Source of the DNA: Myxococcota bacterium
Lineage (GTDB): Bacteria; Myxococcota_A; Polyangia; Nannocystales; Nannocystaceae
Length of the DNA: 64,000 nt
Direction: 5' to 3'
Assembly: GCA_039028615.1 (NCBI GenBank)
Contig: JBCCHT010000027.1
Location: 139,873-203,872 of the forward strand
Translations under genes and position numbers: made by a program
Part shown: positions 20,558 to 29,638 of the stretch, in pieces
Numbering within the stretch: position 1 is the first letter of the stretch
Layout of the letters: every line of letters starts with the position of its first letter
The notes under the pieces: generated by a model
Seen by the model: only the letters and a program-made list of their open reading frames with translations
What the model was told of the DNA's origin: nothing
Database searches by the model: none

Positions 20558-21508
20558 TCAGTCGGCGCGAAGCGTGCACGTGTCGAACCCCGCGCTCAGG
20601 ATCTCGGCGTCGAGATCGAGCCCCAGAATCACGAGCCGGCTCGTCCGATCGGCATCGGCCCAGGGCAGCCCCAGCGTGACCTCGATCGCCTCGCCGACCC
20701 CCTGGAGGATCACGCGTTCATCGACGCCATGCACGGCGAGAATCCCCTTGATTCTCGCGATCTTCGTCTGAATCGCGCCCAGCGTGGTCTCCACCCAGTG
20801 CCCGAAGCGGTCCTCGTCCAGCTCCCCGTCGTGGACCAGGGACACGGCCTTGATCCCACGGTGTTGGCCTCGGGCTTCTTTCGGCACGACTCGAAGCACC
20901 CCGGCCCGCGCCGCGAGCAGTTCCTCGAGTGAGCCTGCGTTCGGATCGTCCAAGCGTCCTCTCCGCGCTCGCGCGAACACGGCTCCGGGGGCATAGGGGG
21001 TCAGCTCCTCCGCCCGCGCGGTCACATCTGATTCCGTGCACTCGTCCACATGCGACATCACGACGACATCCGCGAACCCGAGCTGCTCGATCGTCAGGTC
21101 GTACCGTAGCGCGCGGTGGGCCCGCGCCACGTCGATGACTGTGACCACCCCGTCGAGTCGAAGCCGGTCCCGCGCCGTGCCCCAGGTGAGCGCTCGGATG
21201 ACACCAGCGGGCGAGGCCGCCCCCGAGGTCTCGACCACGATCCGTGACGGCCGGGGCGTGGCGTGAGCGAAGCCGGTCAACGCGGCATCGAGCGCGGCCT
21301 GGGTCGTGCAGCACACGCAGCCCCCGGTGATCTCGAGGATCTGCGATGCACGCGAGGCCAACAGGGCCCCATCGATCCCGACCTCGCCCTGCTCGTTGAC
21401 GATCACCGCCGTATCGGAAGGCAGAGCCAATAGCCAACGGTCGAGCAGCGTGGACTTGCCCGCTCCAAGAAAGCCCGTGACGACGGTGACGGGGATCGGC
21501 GAGTCCAC
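20558..21508 (-). CDS. CobW/COG0523 family G3E GTPase (putative metallochaperone)
   Basis: TGFLGAGKST, NExGEVGID, GGCVCC, ETSGAA, C-terminal RIKGIL...QGV domain. Confidence 0.92.
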   Translation of the reverse strand: MDSPIPVTVVTGFLGAGKSTLLDRWLLALPSDTAVIVNEQGEVGIDGALLASRASQILEITGGCVCCTTQAALDAALTGFAHATPRPSRIVVETSGAASPAGVIRALTWGTARDRLRLDGVVTVIDVARAHRALRYDLTIEQLGFADVVVMSHVDECTESDVTARAEELTPYAPGAVFARARRGRLDDPNAGSLEELLAARAGVLRVVPKEARGQHRGIKAVSLVHDGELDEDRFGHWVETTLGAIQTKIARIKGILAVHGVDERVILQGVGEAIEVTLGLPWADADRTSRLVILGLDLDAEILSAGFDTCTLRAD

Positions 21509-21710
21509 CTGGCCAGTTTAGCAAGCCACGGTCGATGCTCGTAGGCGAAGGGAGCGCTGCGTCGTCCCGACGTCTCTGGCCGCTGCGGAGCCCTCTCGGG
21601 CACACGCGCCGCGATGGCCGGGCTCGGGCGTTCCACGTTGTCTAGATCGGGCAACACTGTGACGCCATTGGCCACTGCCGCCGTCGGGGTTCTCGCCGCA
21701 CGCTCGGAGC

Positions 21711-22673
21711 ATGCACTCGAGACCGAGATTGTGCTCCCTCTTCGCGTCGTTTCTGGTGATGGCGACGGCGTGCGGCGAGTTCGGATCGATCGACAACCCC
21801 GACATGGACGAACTCGACGCGACCGCACTCGCCCAGGTCCGGCTCGGGCACGCGCTATTCTTCGACCCCGGACTCTCTGGGACGGGGGACGTGTCGTGTG
21901 CGTCATGCCATGACCCGGCCGCCTTCGGTGTGGATGGGCTCGCGCGATCCGAGGGAACCGGAGGCGCGACCGTGAGCCGCAACGCACCGTCGACGTTCAA
22001 CGCGGCGCTCAAGGACCTCCAGTTCTGGGACGGCCGCGCACAGAGCCTGGAAGAGCAAGTCGTGGGGCCCCTGTTCGCTCCGAACGAAATGGGCCAAACC
22101 GAGGAAGGACTGCTCGAGCACGTGCGTGAAACCTGGGCGGACGCGTTCGCGGCGGCGTTTCCCGCCGAAGATGGGCCCACGCTCGAGCAGGTCACCCGCG
22201 CCATCGCGGCCTACGAGCGGATGCTCCCGCGTCGGTCTGCGTTCGACCGCTTCGTCGACGGCGAGCGCGAGGCCCTGTCGGCGCAGGCGCGTCGCGGCTA
22301 CAGAATCTTCCGCCGTAACTGCTCCAACTGCCACGATGGCCCTGCGCTCGGACACGGACTGCAGAAGCTCGGGGACAAAGTACCCTGGCCCGACGACCGA
22401 CGGACGGACCTCGGGAGGCTCGAGGTCACGGGGAACCCCGACGACGCAATGGTGTTCGCCGTCCCCTCGCTCCGCAACGTGGCCGAGACCGGTCCGTGGT
22501 TTCACGATGGCAGCGTCGAGACGCTCGAAGAAGCGGTCCGGCTGATGGCGCGCCACCAGGTGGACCGACGCTTCACGGAGGCGCAGGAGGGCGCGGTCGT
22601 GGCCTTCCTTCGCTCGCTGACCGCCGAGGACGTGCAGCCCTGGGCGTTCGAGGACTGGGAGGGCGGACTATAG
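21711..22673 (+). CDS. Di-heme cytochrome c peroxidase (CCP/MauG family), lipoprotein
   Basis: CASCH and CSNCH heme motifs, RNAPS, QFWDGRA, VPSLRNVAETGPWFHDG. Confidence 0.92.
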   Translation: MHSRPRLCSLFASFLVMATACGEFGSIDNPDMDELDATALAQVRLGHALFFDPGLSGTGDVSCASCHDPAAFGVDGLARSEGTGGATVSRNAPSTFNAALKDLQFWDGRAQSLEEQVVGPLFAPNEMGQTEEGLLEHVRETWADAFAAAFPAEDGPTLEQVTRAIAAYERMLPRRSAFDRFVDGEREALSAQARRGYRIFRRNCSNCHDGPALGHGLQKLGDKVPWPDDRRTDLGRLEVTGNPDDAMVFAVPSLRNVAETGPWFHDGSVETLEEAVRLMARHQVDRRFTEAQEGAVVAFLRSLTAEDVQPWAFEDWEGGL

Positions 22674-23696
22674 GTCTCGACGAAACACGGCGGGCGTGGT
22701 GCCGAACCAGCGTCGAAACGCCCGATGAAACGAGGCCTGGTCCCGATAGCCGAGCAAGAACGCGACCTCCGCCTGCGACACCTTCGGATCGGAAAGCAGC
22801 GTGCGGGCGCGTTCCTGCCGGACCGCGGAGAGGAGCCCGCCGAACGTCTCACTCTCTTCTTTGAGGCGCCGGGCCAGCGACCGTGACCCGAGCCCGAGGT
22901 CGCGGGCGATTGCATCGGCGGTCGGCGTTCCATCCGACAGCCGCCGCTCGATCATCGCGCGGACCTTGTCCACCCAGCCGAGTTCGCTGACGTCCGGGGC
23001 AGCCTGCTCGAGGATGCCGCGAAAGTAGGCGGACAGCTCCAGGTCGTGGGAAGGCAGGGGCCGCACAGCGAGTGCGGCCGGAATGACGAGCGCCGCCTTG
23101 GCATGCCCCGCTTCGATGGGGGCCCCGGCGAACGCTTCCCACGAGCGTCGCTGTGCCTCTGGGATCTCCGCCCGGCGCGAGCGCAGCCGTTGAACCGGGA
23201 CGTCCGGGCCGACCAGCGTCCGAATTAGCTGAACGGCAACGAGGAGCGTGTAGTCGGACAACAGCTGCGAGCCGGGCGTAGCCGGACCGAAACGCGTCTC
23301 CTCGATGAAGACGGCCTCGCCCTCGAGCCGAGCGTCGTATCGCGCGGTCCGATTGGTGAGTTCCTGGTAGCGACCATGCCGGGCCATCGCTTCGCCCAAG
23401 AACGCGGACGTTTTACACGCCAGCCCTACGACGCCCAGGCTCGTGGCGGTGTGTCGCTGCACGGCATCGAGCACGAACTCCGGGAAGCCTGGCCGTGTGG
23501 CCATCCACGTCATGTGCTCATACGTCGACGCGCCCGAGACCGTGGCGCCATCCCGCGCGATGAGTTCCGCCGTCCAACCGAGCCGGGCTTCGAGCTCCGA
23601 CTCGGTTACCCCGGCCTCGAGCGACGCCTCGAAGGCGGGGCGCACGTTGCAGACGTCGATGTCCAGCTCGGCCAACGGGTGGTCAGAGTCGGGCAT
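22668..23696 (-). CDS. AraC family regulator (arabinose-binding-like N-domain, OruR-type)
   Basis: C-terminal IARDLGLGSRSLARRL and VAFLLGYRDQASFHRAFRRWFGTTP; start MPDSD. Confidence 0.88.
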   Translation of the reverse strand: MPDSDHPLAELDIDVCNVRPAFEASLEAGVTESELEARLGWTAELIARDGATVSGASTYEHMTWMATRPGFPEFVLDAVQRHTATSLGVVGLACKTSAFLGEAMARHGRYQELTNRTARYDARLEGEAVFIEETRFGPATPGSQLLSDYTLLVAVQLIRTLVGPDVPVQRLRSRRAEIPEAQRRSWEAFAGAPIEAGHAKAALVIPAALAVRPLPSHDLELSAYFRGILEQAAPDVSELGWVDKVRAMIERRLSDGTPTADAIARDLGLGSRSLARRLKEESETFGGLLSAVRQERARTLLSDPKVSQAEVAFLLGYRDQASFHRAFRRWFGTTPAVFRRDL

Positions 23697-23880
23697 GCGC
23701 GCGCCCGAGGTCAAGCCGCTGCGTCTGCGACGGCGGTTCCAGCACTGCGTGCGGCTCTCCTCGTTCCGAGCCCAGACGAGCTCGACCGATCGCACCGAGC
23801 GCCAAGGCTCGATCCTGCACACTGCCGAAGCATTGTCGCCGTGTGTCGGAAATTTGAGGGTGTTACGGTCGAACCTGCTC

Positions 23881-24705
23881 ATGAAGGCTTCGACCACCCG
23901 CCCATGTGTTCTCGTTTGGATGCTCTCGATGGGCCTCGCGGGATGCGACGCGCCCCCCGAGCCCGACCACCAGCAGTTTCGAGTGGGGGAAGAGACGAAC
24001 GAGGATGATGGAGGGGAAGACGGAGGCAACGAAGGAGCCGTGAACAACGCTCCTCCATCGGGCTGGGGCACGTACGTCCCCTGTCCGAGCGGAGACCCAC
24101 TCGCGACACCGATGTTCATCCCGATGACGCCGATGCCTTCATTGAGCGGCAGCGTCCTGGACAGCGAAGGGGCACCAGACGCCTTCATTGCGGGCTGCAT
24201 CCAGGAGTTCAATGGCGGCGCGTGCGGAGACTTCCGAAAGTCCACGCCCGACGAATGTATCGACGACACGATGCTGCGGGAGTTCGATGGCGGCAACGGA
24301 GCGTGCTCGCTGAACCTGTACGCCAAGTCGTACGACTGCGATGCGTTGTGCAAGGCCCTGGGTGCGCTCGGTGGTGAGTGCCGACAAGACCAGCCGGTCG
24401 TGTGCAAACCGGACGGGACAACCGTCGACTCGGCCTATTGCGCTTGCAACGGTCTCATTGCCGGCAGCGGCACGGACGACGGCGGTACCGGGGGCGACGA
24501 TGCTACGACCGGCATGGCGACCATGGGCGGCACGGGAACGGGCTCCATCGAGTGCGACTACGAGCCCGAAACGGGCACTTGGGGCGGCTTCACGTCCTCG
24601 GGCACCACGGGCGGCACCACGTCGACAGGCACGACAGGCGGCACTACGTCATCGGGCACCAGTTCATCGGGCACCACAGGCGGCACTTCTTCATCGGGTT
24701 CCTGA
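23881..24705 (+). CDS. Cys-rich lipoprotein with Ser/Thr/Gly tail
   Basis: LAGC lipobox, about a dozen Cys, C-terminal SGTTGGTTS repeats; divergent from the AraC gene. Confidence 0.65.
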   Translation: MKASTTRPCVLVWMLSMGLAGCDAPPEPDHQQFRVGEETNEDDGGEDGGNEGAVNNAPPSGWGTYVPCPSGDPLATPMFIPMTPMPSLSGSVLDSEGAPDAFIAGCIQEFNGGACGDFRKSTPDECIDDTMLREFDGGNGACSLNLYAKSYDCDALCKALGALGGECRQDQPVVCKPDGTTVDSAYCACNGLIAGSGTDDGGTGGDDATTGMATMGGTGTGSIECDYEPETGTWGGFTSSGTTGGTTSTGTTGGTTSSGTSSSGTTGGTSSSGS

Positions 24706-24711
24706 GCCCCG

Positions 24712-25311
24712 CTACGTTTTCCTCGAAGCTCTACGATCGCCCACGAGTGGTGAGGACCGGTCGATTTTCACCACCCTCGATGCTCGGGTGCCGATCCGGA
24801 TCTTCACTGCGTCGACCTGGGACCGGTCCGCGACGAGCCCGAGACTATGGAAGCCAATCGCCGTGAGCCCAATGCCGGCGACCTTGATTTGGACGCGCAC
24901 CTGCACTGTCCGCCCTGTGAGCGTCGGTGGCTTGCGGCGCACCCGATCGGAGATTGAAGCGGTGGTCCACAAGACGACGACCAGTGACTCTCGGCGGAAA
25001 TCGACCCCGACGCTCTCGAACCAGGACTGCCACGCGTCCTGGTCATTCACTTTGTACCGCTCGCTGATTTCGCCGATGCGCTCGTGAAATCGCTTCCAGC
25101 TGCGGGGGGTGGTGAACACCGCGGGGGAGATGAGCACGTCCGACGTCAGGCCCGACTCCGGGGGCTGCGGCGTCGATCGGAAGGCAGGGCCTCCGGGGGC
25201 GGTCGGGCCTTCACCGACTCGGCACGCGGACACGACGGCCGTGCTCGCGATCCCCAGCGCGAAATGTCGCCGGGGTAGAGCCTCACGAGGTTTGTTGGAG
25301 AACAGGCTCAT
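24712..25311 (-). CDS. Hypothetical Tat lipoprotein
   Basis: PRRHFALGIASTAVVSAC twin-arginine signal plus lipobox. Confidence 0.55.
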   Translation of the reverse strand: MSLFSNKPREALPRRHFALGIASTAVVSACRVGEGPTAPGGPAFRSTPQPPESGLTSDVLISPAVFTTPRSWKRFHERIGEISERYKVNDQDAWQSWFESVGVDFRRESLVVVLWTTASISDRVRRKPPTLTGRTVQVRVQIKVAGIGLTAIGFHSLGLVADRSQVDAVKIRIGTRASRVVKIDRSSPLVGDRRASRKT

Positions 25312-25381
25312 GTCGGTATGCCAAGCCATGCTGCAGAAGCGACGCTGTCTGGGGACGATGGGCGCGCGGCGTGACTGCGCT

Positions 25382-25684
25382 TCAGCTCAGGTGCCCCTCG
25401 ATGGAGGCGAGCACCTGCTGTCGTTCACTCTCGGAAAGCCGCTCGTTCCACCACTCCGCGAACGCCTTGGGCACCCCCTCGGGTAATCCCTCGTCGAGTA
25501 GCGTACGCGCGGGGACCTCGTAGCTCGCTCCGAAGTTTCCGAAGCTCGAGCGTGCGTTGAGCTGGATGACACCGACGCCGAACGACACCGTCCCGTCTGG
25601 CCGAATCCAGACCGTGAGATCTTCGAGGACCTGTTCCGAGACCTGCACCTTCTTTTCGAACAGCCGGATCTGATCGGGGGGCAC
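25382..25684 (-). CDS. Hypothetical protein (100 aa)
   Basis: Protein-like composition and GC3-biased codons; no motif recognised. Confidence 0.5.
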   Translation of the reverse strand: MPPDQIRLFEKKVQVSEQVLEDLTVWIRPDGTVSFGVGVIQLNARSSFGNFGASYEVPARTLLDEGLPEGVPKAFAEWWNERLSESERQQVLASIEGHLS

Positions 25685-25788
25685 ACCTTCAACCTAGCAC
25701 GCCCGAAGACGCGGACCCTTGGAAACGATGAACACAAAGAGCGTAGTATCCCGGCTCCGCCCCGCTCACCATTTCTCTAGGACAACAC

Positions 25789-26610
25789 GTGCGCCCACTC
25801 GAAGAACTGCCTCATCGCTTCTGGCCCAAAGACCGACTCCCCGAGGGCGTCAAACCGCGGAGCAAGTTCAGCAACCAGAAGATCGCCAAGCTCAAGAGCG
25901 CGTACGGTAAAGCGGTGAGCCCGGTGCTGCGGGCCGAGGGTTTTCGCTGTGTGGGCACCAAAGGCAGCCGCCAGCAGGACTGGCTATGGCAAGGCACTTG
26001 GCTGCTCGGTGGCAAGTACGGAGGCAAGGCGTGGATCTTGATGTGTGCGCATCCCCCGGGCTTCCCCGCGCGCAACGAGTACGAGGTGCGCGCGCCTTTC
26101 GAGGTGCCCCAGTGCCTGTTCAAGCGCACCGTTCGCTTCTTCGACGGCCCGTCGGGCGACGAGTTCGATCTGGGCACTGCCGCGGAGACACCGGAGACGG
26201 TGGCGATCATGGCCGAGGCGGTTGCCGCCGATGGGTTGGCGTACCTGAGTCGCCTGGAGAATGCCCGGGAGCGCTTGCTGTCGGTCACGGCGGAGACCTA
26301 CGACACCCTGATGCCCGAGACCCACACCGAGCTCGGCCTTTCGGTCACCGACAGCGCCTTCGAGGATTCCGAACGCGCGCGGCTCGAGCTTTGCCTGTTC
26401 CTGCTGAGGATCCATCGAGAGGCGGGCACCGACGCCGTACGAGGGCTAGCCGACGCCGGACTGGCCGCGTTCGACCAACAACCCGAGCTGCGAGGCACCA
26501 AGCACTACCTCACGCGGATCCTGCTGGAGCGACTTCCCAGCGGCGGCCCGCTGCATGCCACCGACGAAGAAAAGCAAGCGGCCGAGGCAGCGTGGAGGGC
26601 CGACCAATAG
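25789..26610 (+). CDS. Hypothetical protein (DUF4304-like N-terminal pattern)
   Basis: VSPVLRAEGFR pattern resembles DUF4304 proteins (from memory); good codon bias. Confidence 0.55.
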   Translation: MRPLEELPHRFWPKDRLPEGVKPRSKFSNQKIAKLKSAYGKAVSPVLRAEGFRCVGTKGSRQQDWLWQGTWLLGGKYGGKAWILMCAHPPGFPARNEYEVRAPFEVPQCLFKRTVRFFDGPSGDEFDLGTAAETPETVAIMAEAVAADGLAYLSRLENARERLLSVTAETYDTLMPETHTELGLSVTDSAFEDSERARLELCLFLLRIHREAGTDAVRGLADAGLAAFDQQPELRGTKHYLTRILLERLPSGGPLHATDEEKQAAEAAWRADQ

Positions 26611-26614
26611 CCGA

Positions 26615-26860
26615 GAAAGGCCGGCCGCGGCCGCTCGCTCAGGCGCACCGTCACCCAACCGGCCTCGTCGGCATAGACGGCCCCAGCCAAGACCGCTCCG
26701 AGTCCGCCGCCGAGTTGCCCCACCGAGAGAGGTGCCTGCACACGACACGATGATCAGTGGTTTGCGGCCGAGACGTTCGCTGAGCCGACCCGCTCGAGGA
26801 CCGAAGGACACGCTCGCGATCCCACCGATCACGAACACCATCGCTCGATTCCGGTTCAGG
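26615..26860 (-). pseudogene. MFS transporter remnant
   Basis: MFS motif A GRLSERLGRKPLII in one frame and SVGQLGGGLGAVLAGAVY in another; far too short for a full MFS. Confidence 0.6.
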
Positions 26861-26863
26861 CCC

Positions 26864-27739
26864 TCACCGAAGTGACACGCCCAACGACACCGCGACGAAG
26901 TGCAGCCAGTTTCGGTTGAAGCCGTCGGAGAGCGGGTCGGGATCACTCGAGGTTCCGCGAGCTCCACCCGCGAGGTAGCGAACGTTGAGGAACGTATCGA
27001 CGCCGCGCTTCCAGGCCAACCCAGCCCGAAGCGAAGTGTCGAGGATTGCTCCCTCGACGTCGGAGCGACCGCCATTCAGGTACCGAATCGGAGCGTAGAA
27101 GCCGGTCGCTTCGGCGCCCATCCAGAAGTTGCGATGGACGAACCCACGGCCACGAAAGGCCAGCAGGGGCACGGGCCCGACATCTCGGACGCTGCGAAAC
27201 GCACTGCCGTCTTGCGCTGCGTACTCGAGGTTGGCGTTGCGGATCTGAAGCGCGACTCCAACCGCGACCTCCCGGTCATCCTCGAGAAAGTCGTACAGAT
27301 AGGTCCCGCGCCAAAACGGAAAACCGTAGCGAAAGTCGAGCGCGGTACCGGCGGGGAACACCACGTCCTCGACCCGCAGGTCGCGGTCCGTCACCGCTCG
27401 GGTCTGGAGGTCGAGCGGCTGATAGAGCAGCGCAATCGTGTGTCGACGTTTGCGTCCGATGTCGAGATCCGCGGAGAAACGCGCGAAGGGGAACAGAGTG
27501 TCTTGCCCCAGATCGCGCCGGAGGTCGACATAGGTGCCTTCGCGTCCCAGCTGTAGGCGATGAGACGCGACGGCCAAGAACCCGAGCTCTGCCTGCAGAC
27601 GGACGGCGACGGGCCGTTCCGGATCGTTGATGACCGAGTCCTTCGCCTCAGGGCTACCTGCGTGGGCGTAGGTGGGACACAGCAGGGACCACGAGGTCAC
27701 CGCGAGCAGGAGGACGAGGAATCGAATCGAGGAAGACAT
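26864..27739 (-). CDS. Putative outer-membrane beta-barrel protein
   Basis: Signal peptide ending AHA, amphipathic strands, C-terminal VAVSLGVSLR. Confidence 0.65.
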   Translation of the reverse strand: MSSSIRFLVLLLAVTSWSLLCPTYAHAGSPEAKDSVINDPERPVAVRLQAELGFLAVASHRLQLGREGTYVDLRRDLGQDTLFPFARFSADLDIGRKRRHTIALLYQPLDLQTRAVTDRDLRVEDVVFPAGTALDFRYGFPFWRGTYLYDFLEDDREVAVGVALQIRNANLEYAAQDGSAFRSVRDVGPVPLLAFRGRGFVHRNFWMGAEATGFYAPIRYLNGGRSDVEGAILDTSLRAGLAWKRGVDTFLNVRYLAGGARGTSSDPDPLSDGFNRNWLHFVAVSLGVSLR

Positions 27740-28265
27740 GATGGTGGGTCGACTGTGTGGGGGTCGATCACAACGTTGACCAAAACCCCCGAGGTGCAAC
27801 GACCTGGCCTTCCATGCTCCTCGTACGCGACGCTACGGTCATTGCGCGCCCCCGACTTCGCGCAGGCAAGCCCAACACCGCGCCGTCTCGGCCCTGCGTG
27901 GAAACAGCGAGTCGGTGGTTGCCAGCGAACGCGAAGCACCAGCCGTGTCGTCGTTCCCTTTATTGGGAAGTGACCCATCGCTCTCGCTCCGAATGACTGC
28001 GTCTCCGTGAAGCGAACGGAGCGCGAATTGGACACCATACGCCGCTCAGCGGCCCGTAGCGGCCAGTTGTTTGACAGCGGAGAACCCTCCGTCAAACCAA
28101 GGGAGGACTCGAGATCCTCGGGTTCGTCCGGGACGCGGCTCGCACGGCGATGGGTTGCTGCGACGCCGAGTGGACTGGCGATCGCGGGACCTTCGACCCG
28201 TTTCGTGCGTGCGTCTCGTCGTCTGCCCAGGCATCGAGGCCCCAGGTCTCGAGAAGGATGCGTTC

Positions 28266-28442
28266 ATGCAAAAGGTAAAGTTCTACACGGGCCTTTCGGC
28301 CTTCGTCTCTCTCGTTTTCTCCGTGACGTTGTGGTTCTCGGGGCACAAGGACCAGGGGGTCTTCGTGGGCTTGTGGGTGCCCTCCATTCTCTCCCTGGGT
28401 GCCTTCATTCTCTCTGGATGGAATCACTACGATGGAAAGTGA
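28266..28442 (+). CDS. Small two-helix membrane protein (58 aa)
   Basis: AAGGA RBS; two hydrophobic helices; GVFVGLWVPSIL motif. Confidence 0.7.
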   Translation: MQKVKFYTGLSAFVSLVFSVTLWFSGHKDQGVFVGLWVPSILSLGAFILSGWNHYDGK

Positions 28443-28542
28443 TCTCTTCATCTTTGGCGTGGGAGTCTCCGTACTCTCCCCCGTGCTCTTGTCCGTGGGC
28501 ATGCTGTTGTGGGTCGGAGGGCGCCCCACGAGACGCCGTTGA
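28432..28542 (+). CDS. Small single-pass membrane protein MESDLFIFGVGVSVLSPVLLSVGMLLWVGGRPTRRR (36 aa)
   Basis: Overlaps the end of the upstream small gene; one TM helix plus basic tail; below the ORF-track cutoff. Confidence 0.5.
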   Translation: MESDLFIFGVGVSVLSPVLLSVGMLLWVGGRPTRRR

Positions 28543-28663
28543 CCTTCGCGGCCGACGAGCAACGGGTGGGGCGTGGGCTCCGGTATGCCCGGCCCCATTC
28601 GGCCGTTCACGTCCAGAGAGTCGAAAACCCCGCCCTCACCCGCTGCATCCCCTCCGCTTCGCC

Positions 28664-29638
28664 TCACGCCCCCGCTGCACACAGCGACGCGTAGCGCACC
28701 TCGTCGCCGCGCCGGGCGACCTGACCGGCCAGCTCGGGACTGGCGACCGTGGTCAGGACGATGCGAGCACGCCAACGACCGAGCTGGTCGTCGACCGCCC
28801 CCTGGCTGAGGACCAGTCCGGCGAGACGCCGCACGACCGCCTCCACGTCGGCGCGCTCGCGCGACGTCGCTTCGGCGAGCGCTGCCTCTAGGCCCTCGAG
28901 GCGGTCGTCGATCACCCGTAGCGGCCGAGCGACGGACGCACGCTCACCGAGCGCCCGTGCGACCTCGATCGCGAGCGAGCCGTAGCAGACCCGCACCAGG
29001 GGCTCCCACACGTGACGCCAGAAGGCCTGGTTGGGCGCCAGCTCGACCCCCACCACCCGACCACCGATGAGGATGATCGCGCCACGCTGATCGGGGACCA
29101 ACTCGAACTCGGCGACGAACTCGTCGAGTTGCTTGGCGAAGTGACGGAGGAAGTACTCGAGGTGTCCACCGCCGCCCCCCGTGGACGCGCCCAGCCGGGT
29201 GTTGAAGCGCGTGATGTCGGGCCACAGCTTGTCGTAGCCCGTCTCGTTGCGCATCGCGAGCGCACGGCCACGCAGGGCAGCGGGGAGCACCACCATCGGA
29301 TGCTTGTCTCGCCCGATGTAGCCCCCCTGCGACTGCTGAATGCAACGCGCAGTGTCGATCTTGACCGACTGCCCCGCCCGCATCAGCTTGCCGCTGCCGA
29401 TCGCGTGATCCTGCGCCGCTTGCCGGACCACCCACCCCGCGCCCGGAGGCACGATGGTGGGACGGTCGTCGTCGTTGCGCAGATCGACGGTACCGTAGTG
29501 ACTCGTGCCGACCTCGACGTGGGGCGGGGCGAACGTCTCGTCGTCCTCGCCGAGCAGAGGGATCACCTCCATCACGCCGACGCTCTGACGTCGACCCGTT
29601 CGGGTTCCACGCAGGATGTCTTCAACGGTGAGTCTCAT
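28664..29638 (-). CDS. ARPP-1/DUF6569-like protein (324 aa)
   Basis: QSVGVMEVIPL...LRN..DRP.IVP.G......QDH...ARCIQQSQGG and QRGAIILIGGRVVGVE match my recollection of the ARPP-1 family; ATGA overlap with the vWA gene. Confidence 0.65.
   Translation of the reverse strand: MRLTVEDILRGTRTGRRQSVGVMEVIPLLGEDDETFAPPHVEVGTSHYGTVDLRNDDDRPTIVPPGAGWVVRQAAQDHAIGSGKLMRAGQSVKIDTARCIQQSQGGYIGRDKHPMVVLPAALRGRALAMRNETGYDKLWPDITRFNTRLGASTGGGGGHLEYFLRHFAKQLDEFVAEFELVPDQRGAIILIGGRVVGVELAPNQAFWRHVWEPLVRVCYGSLAIEVARALGERASVARPLRVIDDRLEGLEAALAEATSRERADVEAVVRRLAGLVLSQGAVDDQLGRWRARIVLTTVASPELAGQVARRGDEVRYASLCAAGA

Noticed and set aside
24590..24700. GGCACCAC-type short repeats as CRISPR or mobile repeat
   Set aside because: Imperfect in-frame repeats encoding an SGTTGGTTS linker; no spacers or cas genes. 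No CRISPR array was seen in the window.
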